DNA of 63,953 nucleotides, filler included, from Hausera hauseri (lineage: Eukaryota), in the NCBI GenBank assembly GCA_046269625.1. It is 12 parts of 12 records of this genome, joined end to end, with 100 filler letters (N's around TTAATTAATTAA, not from the genome) between each part and the next. Parts side by side here need not be neighbours in the genome. Positions count along the whole stretch, not along the records: positions 20,742 to 29,354 come from JBJURY010582111.1; positions 29,455 to 34,528 come from JBJURY010343934.1; positions 34,629 to 38,650 come from JBJURY010812754.1; 9 more parts are not named here. One strand, written 5' to 3'. Below, one piece after another: positions 24,950-38,650 of the stretch; the first letter of the stretch is position 1, and each line of letters opens with the position of its first letter. The notes under the pieces were generated by a model. That model had not been told where the DNA came from. It saw only the letters and a program-made list of their open reading frames with translations, and did no database searches. Position numbers and translations under genes: made by a program.

Positions 24950-26960
24950 CGTCTGTTTTGTGGTGTGTGATCATTGTAGTAAGAATCATTGATCAATACT
25001 GAAAAGGTGTTTTCTGCTGTACAAATGCGATAGTCGCAAATTTCCACATTTCCGGTGCACGTGTAAAATGGCAAGAGTAGTTTATAAGACTCGTCATCTG
25101 GTCGGGTGATTATAGAACCGCAAACGGCGGAATACGTCAATCTACAGAGGTAGTGTCGCCATGATCCTCTTCCGTCGATATCTTCATAGACATTCAATTT
25201 GCTCGTACATTCTTCCGTGAGATATTGTTTCAGCCATGCATCGTAGTACACGTTGTCTGAAAACAAACTACAATGTGGAACACTGATCGGTAACCGAAAT
25301 GAACATCGGTCTGTGCTCAGATCCTGTGCATTTAAAATGAAAGAGGCAACATTGGTAAAACAAGGATCACGATCAGCTTTCTGGGATTCATTGTATACTT
25401 TATTGACAGAATTACAGAAACTAATTAGTTTCTTCAATGGATTTTTTGACGACTTTTTCTTTAATTTAGCTTTTTCATACTTCTGCGAAACAGTCATACA
25501 AAACACCTCAAACTCCAACCGGAAATGCAATGGCTAACGACGAAATTTCATCGACTCAAATATTTTCAATCGCTCCAAAGAACTGCGGCAAACCGAATGC
25601 ACTTGCCTTCTTTTACGGAACAAGAGTGTAAACACGGGGCTTGGATATATCCGTTTTTCCATGGGGGCGGACGAACGCGACAGCGTGGAACAGATACGAC
25701 GGTTTGTCAATGTGATTACTGCACACGCCTTTGATCAATTCAGAAAAACTGACGAGAGCAAATCCATTGCGAATAGAAAACTGTAAATTTTCAACACGAA
25801 CTGTTCCATCAACTGCGCTTTGTTTCCTTATCGGTATCTTAATACTCTCAGCAACGGCCTTTGACTTGAGACAGTTTTCTACCAATGTCGAACACGCCTG
25901 AATGTGTTCGTCACCGCCTAATTGAAATCGATTGTCCAGCAGCAACGTATTAAGAGCTTTAGCTGCACCTTTGGACTGATCACGAGCAACATGGGCTTCA
26001 TACTTCAGTTGATTGTAATTAACGACCTCCACTGACAATTCGTTTAGGTAGAAAATGTCCCATTCGTCTGTGGGTTTGCTGTCATTGTGTTGCCGATACG
26101 ATACTGTCGATGACCCTTCAGAAGAACTCACGAAAATAACTTCAACATCTTCCTACCAACTCAGTGCACGAGCTGATTTGTCTATTGAACGACGAGGAGA
26201 TTTTATGGTAACGGCTTCAAATTCCGAAACCAATGATTCCAGAAATACACTTTCGTTCGATTTAGAATCCGAAATAATCGACGATCACATATCATAGAAA
26301 CTTCGGTAGAAATCCCCCATTGTGTATGGAGAACTGCTGTCCATGTCGGGTGAGAAATAATTCCTTTCTTCTAGACTCTTTAATTTCATTCATTAATGAA
26401 AATGATCCATCAAAATTTGAAACATTCTCCACGAAATCAGATTGAGAAACTGAAGGGAAAATACAAGGCGATGGCAAATTGTGATCGACGGACAGTTGTT
26501 CATTGATACTTTCATTTTCAACGTCCTTATAACTTAAATTGTTGGAATTAATTGGTGACATAGGAGCAGGTGGCAAAACGAATTCTTTACTCAAATTTTC
26601 TTTCTCATCAACATCTTCATGTTTCGCATGGTTTTCAAATGGAAATAACTGATTAGCCAGATTTACTTTGTGGACTTGTCCACTGTTTGGTGTTGTTTTC
26701 CGAATTTAATTGTTCGAGAAACTTCCGCTTTTTTACAGAACCTTGAATTTCTTTGAGAAAATCTTTCTTGCAAAAATCGGAACGTTTCGGCGGAGTTCTA
26801 AAAATATCTGACGTTCTTACGGCCTGCTTCTTTATGGCTTTAGTTTCAACATTAGGAATATTTAATTTATCGGATTTGGCTATCGTTGGAGGTTTGTTTG
26901 TATTCTGATTCATCAGACTCGTTTCTGACACCAATTATGGGTTTAGATTGAGATAAATAT
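24950..26960 (-). pseudogene. Intronless, degenerate anillin-like retrocopy (low-complexity N-terminus, RBD, C2/AH and PH domains)
   Basis: AAKALNT..GGDEHIQA (RBD), GTVRVENLQFSI and FRLEFEVFCM (C2), LNVYEDIDGRGSWRHYLC..PDDE..ICTAENTF (anillin PH). Interrupted by stops and frameshifts, not introns. Confidence 0.7.
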
Positions 26961-27089
26961 CCGTCTATGCAAAGCGATACTAATTCCAAAAAGAAATGTT
27001 TGATCAAAATGGTTAATAGACGAGAATCAATTTCAAAGTCTATAATTCAAAATGGGTGTTTAATATTTTTTATTCATACGCCAAAAATC

Positions 27090-27974
27090 ATTGTTTCTTT
27101 TTACCTGACTGGTTGTCAAATTCGTTTTTCTTTTGACTGTGAGACTTCATCACTCTACTAAAATCACTCTGACTTTCATCTGTATCGTCATCGTCAGCAT
27201 CATCATTGTACTGATATTTAGACTTCTCTTCTTCGTTGTCATCAGTTATTTTTGAATCCAAAAACGACTCAGCAACTCGCCAAGCAATAAGGTCCTTAAA
27301 ATTAAAATATTTTTCTTCACTAGCCAATTTCCGTTCCCGAACACTAAGAACGAGCGTTTCAACAACTTTCTGTGAATCGCTTTTCGCAACACCCTTTTTA
27401 AAATACATTGCCAGGTCTTCTTCCCAACGACTCTGAACTACGGTTTCAATGCACGTTTTGGCTTCCGCGAATATGACATTCAATTCGTCCGAAATGTAAT
27501 TATCAAATTTTTTGTCGTTAATGTACGTTAATTCCGAACAGAAATATGCTAGACTTTGTTAAGCTTTTGACAAACGTTCTCGTCAATTTCAACGGAATAT
27601 AATTTTGGGAATTGTTCCAAAAGCGGAACAGTCAGAAGTCGATTTCGTCTGAGATTAAGTTTTATCAGATTTGGTAGGAAGAGACATCGGGGCAAGTAGG
27701 AAATGGAATTGTTGTACAGATTAAGTTCGACAAGATTGTAGCAGTAATTGATGTTAATCGGCGTGATGCTTGTAAAGGAACAGTTGCTGAAATCCAGTAT
27801 TCGAACTTTGTTTAATTTATCGGTGCCCGTGTGAATGTAGATTGCGCTTTCGTTGAGTACGTTGCCTTCGACTTCACAATTGACCTTTATATTGCCCAGT
27901 ACTTCCTGATTCTTAAACTCTTGGGGTTTGTATATGTCTTCACCGTCATCATCACTATCCGGCTTCGCGGACAT
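27090..27974 (-). pseudogene. Intronless N-terminal LRR portion of an LRWD1/ORCA-like gene (WD40 region missing)
   Basis: DKLNKVRILDFS, LVELNLYNNSISYLP, LEQFPKL and later IAWRV align with my recollection of the LRWD1 N-terminus. Confidence 0.6.
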
Positions 27975-28139
27975 TTCAATAACAAGAACGTAAGTGCTAC
28001 TGAGCATCGAATAAGCCGGTCCGTCTTCTAGAGAATCACTTAGCACTAGAACTGCTAGAGCTAGATCAAATTCGGGAATATTTTCCTGATTGTACAGCCA
28101 CATTTCCGTTGTGTTATAATCCTTTTTGTCTCCCATCGT

Positions 28140-29215
28140 ACTGTGGCGGAAAGAGTAACCAGATACTCTGACAAGCTTCTTAGCTAGGTCTGTCAATACT
28201 TTTCGGTATGTAAGCAGGCCTATGTTTCCTTTAATAAGATGATAGGCCGCTTCATTGACAGTAACGTCATACGGTAAAAGTGGCTGGTGTCGATCACGTT
28301 GGGAAGGCATGAAACGACTATTAAGTGCCGATGTTTCTTGCATATATTCATGAGCTTGTTCCACGTCACTAGGACTACCTTCGAGCATTGCTTTCAGTTT
28401 TGGTAATTCTTCTCGTATTTGCACTTCAACTGCGTTACACTCGGACTTCGGCTTCATGGGATATTGATAAAGTTCTTCCTGTTGTCGTTCAGCTGCCGTT
28501 CTGATTACGTTTTCTTCGTTGTTATTCAACTGTAAATCACGTTTATCGAAGCTTGAAAATCCCCTTTGACCAAAAAAGCTACCAGCAGATATATCCGTGT
28601 ACATAAAACCTGGTGCATTCATAAGCGGGGGAAACGGAAGAGAAGAAGTAGATCCAATATTTGACGGAGATTTGTCAACATTATTTATAACAACGCTATA
28701 ATTTCTGCTTTCAGGCTCAGCTTCATCTCGATTATCTGTGTGTCTTCCCGATTCCGTAAACAATCCGAAACGTTCTATCACAGTTGTTGCACGTTCAAAT
28801 AACTTTTTCTTATTGAAAGACAATGCTAGAACGTAACGACAGACTTGAGCTGCTGCTTCATTTGTGGCCATTTCAAAATGTGTAAGACGTTGGGCACTTG
28901 GTCTAGTTTGGACATAAATCTTGCTATGCTTACGCAATAGCAAAAGGTCGTTTTTACGCTCCTCGGCACGACTTTTGTGTCGTTCAATAAGACCAATCAG
29001 ATCATGGTAGACACCCAATGGACCAAGTTGCTCAGAATATGGCTGGACTGCAGGCAATTCTGAAGCACTGTGTAAAGCAGCAGCGACTTTTCTTGCTTCC
29101 TCTCTTATCGCAGCATATTCGGTTTTATTCATTTCCGGCGGACCCCAATCGGCTGCTGGATCTTCAACATCAGAATGATCCTCAAACTGATTTCGCATCA
29201 TTCCTTCTGGATCGC
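28140..29215 (-). pseudogene. Intronless fragment of a NAB (NGFI-A-binding / MAB-10-like) corepressor with two NCD2-like domains
   Basis: LRKHSKIY..LTHFEMATNEAAAQVC..KKLFERA and LLPYDVTVNEAAYHL..LLTYRKVLTDLAKKLVRVSGY match the NCD2 pattern LSLHELTxNEAAAQ..LFxLxRQVxRExxY. Confidence 0.7.
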
Positions 29216-30446
29216 CTTTATTAATTTCAAATTTTGTTACAATTGGCTCGCCATTTTTAAGAGGACCTTGTATAAGGTATTCAAAAACATGTTCAGAAAA
29301 TTGCAATTTAACGCTTTCTCCTTTCAATCCATACTTTTTATCAAGGACATTGTGNNNNNNNNNNNNNNNNNNNNNNNNNNNNNNNNNNNNNNNNNNNNTT
29401 AATTAATTAANNNNNNNNNNNNNNNNNNNNNNNNNNNNNNNNNNNNNNNNNNNNCTGCAGATACAGTGCTAAATTTTATGAAATCTCTACACACGGTCAT
29501 TAGAAAATTCATGGTTACTTCATCGCAATGATTTGGACATAATAATTTCTTCCATCTTGCATCTTAAATTCCATCCTCTAATATGAGATGTAATGCCTTA
29601 TTTAAAGCTTGTTCTCTTTGGTCCGGATATCTTAATGCTTGAATCATATCATTTATCCCATCTCTAGTATAGAGAGTAGTTTTGGATATATCTGTAAACA
29701 TTATTTACTACTGCATGTCTTAATGCTGTCAATGTAAGTCTTTTAGGTGTCTTATGAGGCTTCATTCGTTCTGGTAATACTACCTGTTATTTTTTCCATA
29801 TAGTTTTAAAAAAGTAGAAGTAATTCCAAAAATAGAGAATGAAGCAATAAATCCAAATACAGAAAACAAAAAAATTACTAATAACCTTTTATTTAGTAAT
29901 CAACATTTCAAAAAACAATTCAATTCTAAATCGATATTTATATAGAAAATTACTCCCGTAAAAGAACATAATATAGTGAGATCAAAATCAAGTTCATCCA
30001 AGTCCGCAATATAACAATTTAACTGATAAATCAAATTTTTATGTTATTGTTTATATTCTTTGTACAGAAAATTCCAACAATTCTTTCTTCACAGATTTTA
30101 ACAGATGTATCCATTACGCGCAATGCTTGTGTTCCATCACTACCAGGATTCCATTCCAACTATTGGTGCTTGAACAACATGAAGAGAGCCGACATTATAA
30201 ATGGCTTGAGGTCCTGATAAGCCTCCTGATGTTATTGGAGCCCCACAAATGTTATTGGGTCCATGTAGAACATTATGGGGAGAGACTGAGTTGAAATTAG
30301 GTTGAGAAAAAATGGTATCAGGGGAATTGCAATTGGTCGAATTGAAATGCTCGGACGTATTGTATCCATTTTCCATCTGACCTGTGTAATAACAAAATAA
30401 TGATATTTAGCATAATTAATGGAAGAATAAAAGAATATTTCTAATA

Positions 30447-31002
30447 TAACACATCACTCAGTAAGTTCGTAGGGTGACTAATAAAACAACAACGTTTAGG
30501 CAAAATTCACCTTTATTCATCAACATAGTCTCCTTCAAGTGTGATACATTCATTCCAACGCTTCTCTAACATTTCGATGCCTTTTTTGTAGAACGATTGA
30601 TCTTTGACCTCAAAATACGCTTCAGTTTCAGCAATCACTTTTTTGGAGCCACATCTCTTTATTTGAAACATTCTATTTAAGCCTGAAAACAGGTATTAAT
30701 CGCTGAGAGCAATATCCGGAGAATACGGTGAATGGGGAAGCAATTCAAAATGTAATTCGTGAAATTTTGCCTTTGTTGCGATCGACTTGTGACACAGTGC
30801 ATTATCTTGGTTAAAAAGCACTTTTTCTTCATTTGGGATCGTTTTTTCGCTATTTCTTCCTTCAAATGCACCAATAACGCCATATAATATTCATTATTGA
30901 TGGTTCTTCCTGTCTCGAGGTATTTGATGAATAAATTACCATGAGAGTACCAAAATACGGAGACCACAAATTTACCGGCTGACATCTGCGTTTTTGGTAT
31001 CT
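30447..31002 (-). mobile_element. Mariner transposon 3' remnant
   Basis: SAGKFVVSVFW, TINNEYY, HxPYSPDIA motifs. Terminal TA+TAACACATCACTCAGTAAG at 30445-30465. Confidence 0.85.
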
Positions 31003-31010
31003 TTGTACAG

Positions 31011-33890
31011 TAGGGTGGTTTATCGACGCATGATGAAAAAATAATTGTCAGATACACATCGGCACACAGCATGCCTTCATTTGTTTTGACATAATGATTA
31101 TATGTGCAAAATTTCAGCTAAATAGAAGCATATTTACAGGTCCCTCATGATGCTCCATTGCATGCACATGTAATGCACTATATGAAACAATAGTAAATAT
31201 GCCGTGCACTTCCGTTTGTAGACTGACATCATTAAAACTGCTTCAATTTTGATTATTATAATATCGCGTTTACAGTATATTCTCTAATTCACTAATCACT
31301 GTTCAGATTTGATTCTTTGTATATTTTAGAGTACAATTAGTATTTTAATAGTAACACGTAGTTCTGATAAATTATGGCTGATAGGTCATCCGCAAAGTGC
31401 GATCACTGGTTGCTGGCTTCCTTCCAGAAGACATGTGCTACAGAAGTATTATTTTCATCACAAAGCAGAAAAGCTGGTGAAGGCTGAAGCTACAAGGGTG
31501 ACTATACTGGGTGTCTTCAACTTCTGGAATGATGCCCACATACCAACCTCGACGATGGCATACTCAAAAAAGAAGCTTTTGGAATTAGTAGATGAGTATG
31601 ATGGTCTGATAAAGAACAAGAAGAGAACCTCTGAGGCCCTAGCATGCTGAAAATATGAATGTTTCAAACCAATATGAAGGATATATTTGATATTGGCCAC
31701 AAAGACGCCATGTCACTGATGAAAAATCAGGAAGACAGAGATTTTCTCCAGGCTCAAAGAGACGATAGGCAATCATCATAAATGGTTGGAGTTGACATTG
31801 TTTTAGCAAAGAAAACTTCCAAGAAAAGAGCCAGGGATGAAGCCGACAAGAAAAGACGTGAGAAAGCTGAGAAAGATAAATTACGGTTATTTGCCTCAGT
31901 GGACTCCAGAGAGCTTGGAACTTCTGCATCATCTACAGATGTAAAGTTGATGATGCTGACCTGAACTTTATTGCCACAACTGTTCTAAAAATAAGCAAAT
32001 TGGAACGTACTAGTTCCCATACATTCGTGAGTCCAGAAGTTACATCAGCTTTGGATCGCTTCAATATCTTAAACCGCAAAACCATGGTTGCGATCGGAGT
32101 AATGGCAAAAGCAACTGGACAGAGCATTCAGAACAAGACCCTCTCTGCCAGTTCAATTCGTCGGCATCGCATGAAAAACAAAGAATGTGTTGCTCAGCAG
32201 CTACCTACTACTAAAGACATATCGCCAGAATTGCCTCTTATCCTGCACTATGATACAAAACTTTTGCCTGACATCGGCCACACCACCAACACTGACCGGA
32301 TTGCATTGATTGTGACAGGCAGTGGAAAGGAATTCTTGATTGGTGTTCCAAAAATCTCAAGTAGTACTGGAACAAATCAATCATAAGTCTCTTGTACAGC
32401 ACTCAGGGAATGGGACATAGAAGATCAGGTAAAGAGGCTAGCGTTCGATACAACAGCATCCAATACAGGTCTTTCTCGTGTAGCCTGTGTCAAAATTCAG
32501 CAGAGTTTGAGCAGGGATCTCTTGTGTATTGCTTGTAGGAACCATATGCACGAAATCATTCTTTCAGATGTATTCAAATCTGCATATTGTCCCTTGAAAG
32601 GTCCGAACATACCAATCTTCATTAAGTTCAAGGAAAGATGGCATTCGATTGACCATGATGACTGGTGTTCCTCACTTGATGATCCTGTTTTGTCAGAAAG
32701 ATTCTCAGAGACAGGGGACATTGTGCAGCTGAAAGAAAAAGCAGTGGTATACCTCAAGTCAGCAATCGAATAATATCACCATACACGTGACGATTTCAAA
32801 GGGATGCTAGTCCTTTTCTGTTCATTTTTAGGAGAACAGCCAGAAGGAAAATTGCATATCAGATCGCACGGCTCATTCCATCATGCCAGGTGGATGGTAA
32901 AGGCAATCTATGCCCTTAAGATCTTCCTTTTCCGAAACCAGATGCAGCTGTCTCAAAGTGAACTGAAACTTGTAACAGACCTCAGTTGCTTCTTCAGTCT
33001 TGTGTATTGTTTTTACTGGAATGAGGCACCAATTGCTTTTCATGCTCCAAAAAACGATCGAGACTTCATAAAGGAGCTGCAAATGGATCTACCTGATCCA
33101 GCACTAACTTCGGCGGCTCTCAATGGCATTAAAAGACATCACTGGTGTCTATCAGAAGAGCCGGTAGCATTGGCATTCTTTGACAGTCGCATCTGCCAAG
33201 AAGAAAAGCTACAGATGGTCAGGAACCTGGACCTTCCAGGGCATAAAGTTGGCAAGAAATTAAAAAGGCTTGACAAAAATGTTTTCACAGCAACATGCAT
33301 TTCTGACTATGTTACCAAGCGAACAAGAAGTTTCTTTGACAGCATTCTTTTCGATAGACAACAAAGATCATTAACCTTTCTCGCAACACTACCAGCAATA
33401 TGGGAGGATGACGGAACTTATCAGGAGTTTAGGGATGCTGAACAGGACACGAAGATTGGTAATGATACTGTAGAACGGATAATTGCCCTTGTTGCTGAAT
33501 TTAACAGTTCGCTAACTAAGGACGAGTGACAGAAACAGTATCTTCTAAAGGTGATTGCAAAGTTCCGCAAAGATATGCCTTCAATTTCAAAATCAGTTTT
33601 TATTTAAATTTATGGACGCCGGACCATTCGCTAGTTAATATCTACTATATGGTATCTCTTATTCTGACAATAGTGCTGTAAATATTTCTGTACGCGTTCT
33701 TCTATGCAATATGCTTAATTGCGCAGTGGTAAATAATTATATCAAAAGTTCAAAGATAAAGTATTTAAGATGGACCCCTGAGCTTTAATGTAGACTGATG
33801 AAATTTCTTACATAAGTAATTCTTAGTGAATGACACTAAACCACGATGTGCTTCAAACGAAATAAAATAACATTATTTTCAACCGCCCTA
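31011..33890 (+). mobile_element. Full-length hAT (hATm-like) DNA transposon with TIRs and an 8-bp TSD; transposase disrupted
   Basis: Ends TAGGGTGGTT / AACCGCCCTA; flanks TTGTACAG / TTGTACAA. Motifs LHYDTKLL, AFDTTASNTG, ACRNHMHE, HHARWM, NDTVER. Confidence 0.9.
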
Positions 33891-36344
33891 TTGTACAATT
33901 ATAGGACATTCCAAATTTAAACGCAGCATTAATGATTTCATTTTTATTCAAAGACTCGAATTGCATGAAAAGCATTTCAAACATATTTATCATTCTGACA
34001 TTAAAATTTCGAAATTTAAATTACAATTCACTTTAGAAATCGATTGAGTTTTTGTATCTTTAAAATGAATATGACGTCGCCAGTATTTTTGTTAGAAGAT
34101 ACAGTAACAATACAATCAGAATATCTTTCATGTAATGAAGAATAAAAATTCATAAACTGTCAGTTAACATAAACTTATACTACAATTCCATATAAATCAC
34201 TATTATGTTGAGTTGACAGTGGCGACAGCCCGGATATGTGATGGCGACCCAAGAATTTGCTGACGTCCTTTTTAACTTTTGATAAAAATGATTTTGAACA
34301 AAATCTATGATGATTGATAGTGGCACCATGTTTTGAGGTAGAAATATGGCCTATATAAGTCGTTGTAAAAAAAGCAGTTGTACCAGGTATGGGAAGAAGT
34401 AGTAGTCGTATATTGTGTTATTAGAAAATAAATATTGTCCTAAATGAGAAAGAATTGTTATTTTGATTTAATTTGTTGGTCATTTAAATTGTTTAACTTA
34501 TAGTTCGATAGTTGGAGCTAACTCATGCNNNNNNNNNNNNNNNNNNNNNNNNNNNNNNNNNNNNNNNNNNNNTTAATTAATTAANNNNNNNNNNNNNNNN
34601 NNNNNNNNNNNNNNNNNNNNNNNNNNNNATTAACTAAGATAAACATTCTTCATTTCTTAATTACAAATTTTCAATCTTCTGATTGTATATATTCCAATTT
34701 TATTTTTGTATTCAAATTTTCAAATAATTATTGCATAAACTTAAATCTACACACTCTAATTTCCAAATTATTTTAATTAATTAATGCAGTAATTTGCCGA
34801 ACTTTGGTTAACAACTAACATATACGAAACAGAAAATGGAAGGGACACCCATCATAGGGTTTACAATATCAAAACAAGAAGACATTTACACAATCCAGGG
34901 TTTATTATTTATAACAGCAATATTCACATTGTCACAGTTATTAAATTCTGATCATGTTTAAAATTCGAACAATGTTAATTTGAAGCCAATCAAAGGTTGC
35001 AGACGTCTGGGTCAATCAATCAGAAGATTAACAAACCCTAACAATACCTTGTGCGAGAGTTTGGTGAATAGAAACTTAAAAATCAAAGCTTATTCAAAGC
35101 GTTTTTCCAAGCAATCTACGGCTTCTTCTATAGGAATAGTCCGATTGATTATCCTTTAAAATTTATACAATAATCGTTACAGCTGCTTGGAAATATTATT
35201 AAACTAGAGAGAACAGGACATGACTTACGACTGTGACGGAAGGAGCATTAGACAAAATCTGAAGGCATAATACGACAAGGTACACACCATACTTGTGAGG
35301 ACGTTTAGATTGTACGACAAATCAAAGACCTACAAACAATCTGGTATTATATAGTGTCCCTTTTAAAAAACAATTTCATGGAGGCAGTCCGTAAAGTACA
35401 TCGTGTGGCTACAGTTTGTTATGATTGTAATAGTTAAGAGTAGAACCAGTCGATATAACAATATTTTTATTTATCATAACACCAACTTAGTATCTTTATA
35501 CTTAATATCTGGGCAATGAGAGAGCTAAATAATGTGTTAATCTTCTCTTCTTTTCTTAATCCAATGACGTTCGATTTTCCTTCTTTTCTGAATTATCAGA
35601 CTTTCTGTTGTATGCATTAAATTAAACTTGAACTAAAATTAAACCTTAATACCCCCTTTAATTAATCCTCACAATGATGTTTTGTAATTCTTAAAATCCA
35701 TTTCTGAACATGCACGTAACATTCAGACTTGGTTGTTTGACACAAGTCAGATGAACTTTCCTGCGCCTGAACCATTTCCATCTTGGCTAAGTGAAAGATA
35801 AGCATACATCCAAGAGAAGAAAATAGAATCCCGATAAAATGTAGGGCTTTGTCAATAAATAAAGCAACAATAAGCTATAATCAATAAATTGGTACATAAA
35901 GGTTATTACATGGTTTATTGTAACGATAATAATTATAGTTTTTGAATAATAATTGTGTGGCAATAGTGGTGTAAATTTCATCTTTCGAAACAAATTACAG
36001 CATACCAAGCAAGAAAGCGGATGAGCATTTGTTCAAATGCAATGTTTTTATGTGAAACAAACACAAAAATGTGATTTCGATGATTTATTTCTAAAAATTT
36101 AGAATTGTGCGTATTAATTTTATTTTGAATAATATAGTATATTTGTACTGTCTAATTAGATGCGTAAAAAGACAAAATGCAGCAAATTCATTGGTATATT
36201 GCAAACTGTATAAATTGATAAAAAGTGAACGAAGAAGTAGAAAAGCATATTTCTAGAAATATTTCAAAACTGTTTTCCTGAATGTTGGCCGCGGTGTATC
36301 CACGCCGTGCACATCATCACCCAGCTTGGGTAGGGTTGGAAAAT

Positions 36345-38650
36345 CCCCGTCCCCTTTTTTAAGAATCTTCGTAGTTTCTCTACGTTTTTCTCCAAGGTTT
36401 GGCCATCTTCATATCGTAGTACGTATCGTCTGTTATGTACTTTCTTAATGATCGTGTACGGGCCTTCGTATTTATCTTTCTCTTTTGTTCCGAATTCTCT
36501 CCGTACCAGCACCCGATCCCCTACTTCAAACGTCCTTTTTGCCGTCCTTTTTGACATCTGTGTTCCTCGCTTCTGTTGCCTCTTTTTGTCCATTCCGTAT
36601 TTCACTATATATCTTCCCGCCAAATATTAACTTTGCTGGGCTCTTGCCTGTCGTCTTCTGGACTGTCGCATTCAACGTAAATTCTATTTATGGTAGTATG
36701 TCCTCCCAGTCCACTCTCAATTTTCTGCTATCGTGGCAATTATGTATTCTCTAATTGTTTGGAATTGTCGCTCGATGACACCGTTCGTGTTGTCGTGGAA
36801 CTGGCTAGAGTATTATATTCATTGATGACGTCATGTCTTTTAACAATTTCTACTCAAATATTTTCCCGCTGTCTGTATGTATTTCTTTTTGTGCTCCGTG
36901 TTTGAGGATCCATTTCTTTTCTGTCTCTGCTTTGATAGTTGCTTCGTCTTGTCTCTGTATAGCAATTAGTGTTAAGTATCTACCGTACTGATCTATCATT
37001 ACTAAAATGTATCTTTTTTCTCCATATCTCCTTCATTGGTCCACAGATATCTATGTATATTTTCTCGAATGGCTCGTTTGCTGATGGGTTCACTGTTTCT
37101 TCCTTCGTGCTCGTTGTCAAGGTTTTTCTTCGCTGACAAGCTTCGCAATGTCGAACTACTGTCTGGACTGCTTCTCGTAGGTTGTCCATGTCATAGTTAC
37201 TGTCAATGTATTTTATTACCTTTTCTGATCGTGCGTGAGAAAGCATGACATGGTTATGAGTTATCATTTCTACTCATCTGTTCGTTGGTATCCAAATCTT
37301 ACCTGTTCGTGTTTCTATTATTCCATCTTCGAGTATAAATCTTCCTTGTTTTCTTCTGGCAATGCTTTCTTTTATTTCTTCGATTTCCTTGCTGTCCTTC
37401 TGGTTTTGGTGTGTTTTTGCTGTTTGTACGACGTTTATCCTCCGAGTCTTGCTTTTCTACATTTTTGGCATCGTCGAATTGTTGTAGACATTGGCTGCAT
37501 ATTTCGCAACTCATGCAGGTTAGCATATCTGCGTTCGCATTATCTGTGCCTTTTCTGTACTTCAGATTGATGTTTAGACTATATAGGTAGTTGATCCACG
37601 TCTGAAATTGGCCTGTTATTGGTTTTTGTCTTTACCATGTAGTTCGTTCTCAATGTGAACCGTTTCCCGTGTATGTAATGGTTGGAATGTTGACAGAAAT
37701 TATACATGGCCAGTAGTCCCTTCCGCGTTATACAATATTGTTTTTCATGGTTGTTCATTGCGTGTGATCCGTTTGCAATCACTCTATCCAGCCCCAAACT
37801 ATCCTTCTGTGACAGTACCGCTCCAATTGTGTCGAAACTTGCGTCCATATAGAGGATAAATTCTCTGTTGAAATCAGGGAAACCTAGTATTGGCAGTGCA
37901 GTTAAGGCTCTTTTCATTGACTCAAAAGCCTCGTTACATTTCACGGTCCATATTAGTTTCTTGTTATTCGATCCGCACAGTTGCTCCAATGTCTTGGCCT
38001 TTGCTGCGTAACTTTGGGTAAATCTTTTGTAATAGTTGCAGATCCCTAAGAAGCTTCTCAAATTCTTCACAAATTTTGGTTTCTCAATGGACTTAATTGC
38101 CTCCAGTTTTCATGGGTCTGCCTGTATCCCCTTGTCATTTACTATATGACTTAAAGATTTTCCTTTTTTTCTTGATCATGTGAAATTTCTTGGGGTTTAC
38201 TCTGAGACCTGCTTCCCTGATCCGCTGCAGTACCTTTTCTATTATCCTATAATGCTCTTCTAGAGTCTTAGAGAAGATTAGTATATCATCTAGGTATACC
38301 ACTGTTACTTCAATGTCCCCTAGTTCTTTATTCATTAGTTCTTGGAAGGTGCCCGGAGCTGCTGCTATACCGAATGGCTTCCTGTTGAAACAGAACTGCC
38401 CTAATTTGGTTGATAAAGCTGTCTTCATTTTGGAATCTTCCTCTAGCTCGACTTGGTAGTATACATTCCCTAAATCAATTGACGTGAAAAACTTGATCCC
38501 GTATAATCTCTCCCATATCTCTACCACGTTAGGCATGGGGAAGTCCTGCCATTCAGTTATAAGATTCAGCTGTCTGATGTCCAGGCATATTCTGACATCA
38601 TTCTTGTCTTTCTTCCATACGCATATCATTGTAGTATTCCATGCTGAGTT
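36345..38650 (-). mobile_element. Ty3/Gypsy pol (RT-RNase H-integrase), degenerate, ending in a polypurine tract
   Basis: VVYLDDILIFS, LRSFLGICNYY, YMDASFDTIGAVL, HHCC zinc motif, IYIDICGP, YEGPY. PPT AAAAAAGGGGACGGGGA at ~36345-36362. Confidence 0.9.

Noticed and set aside
27549-29327. 592-aa ORF as a genuine NAB-LRR host gene
   Set aside because: It is made of truncated pieces of unrelated genes, and the LRWD1 homology continues past the stop. Better explained as part of the mosaic.
34773-34784. TTAATTAATTAA without flanking Ns
   Set aside because: Expected by chance in very AT-rich sequence; no sign of a join.
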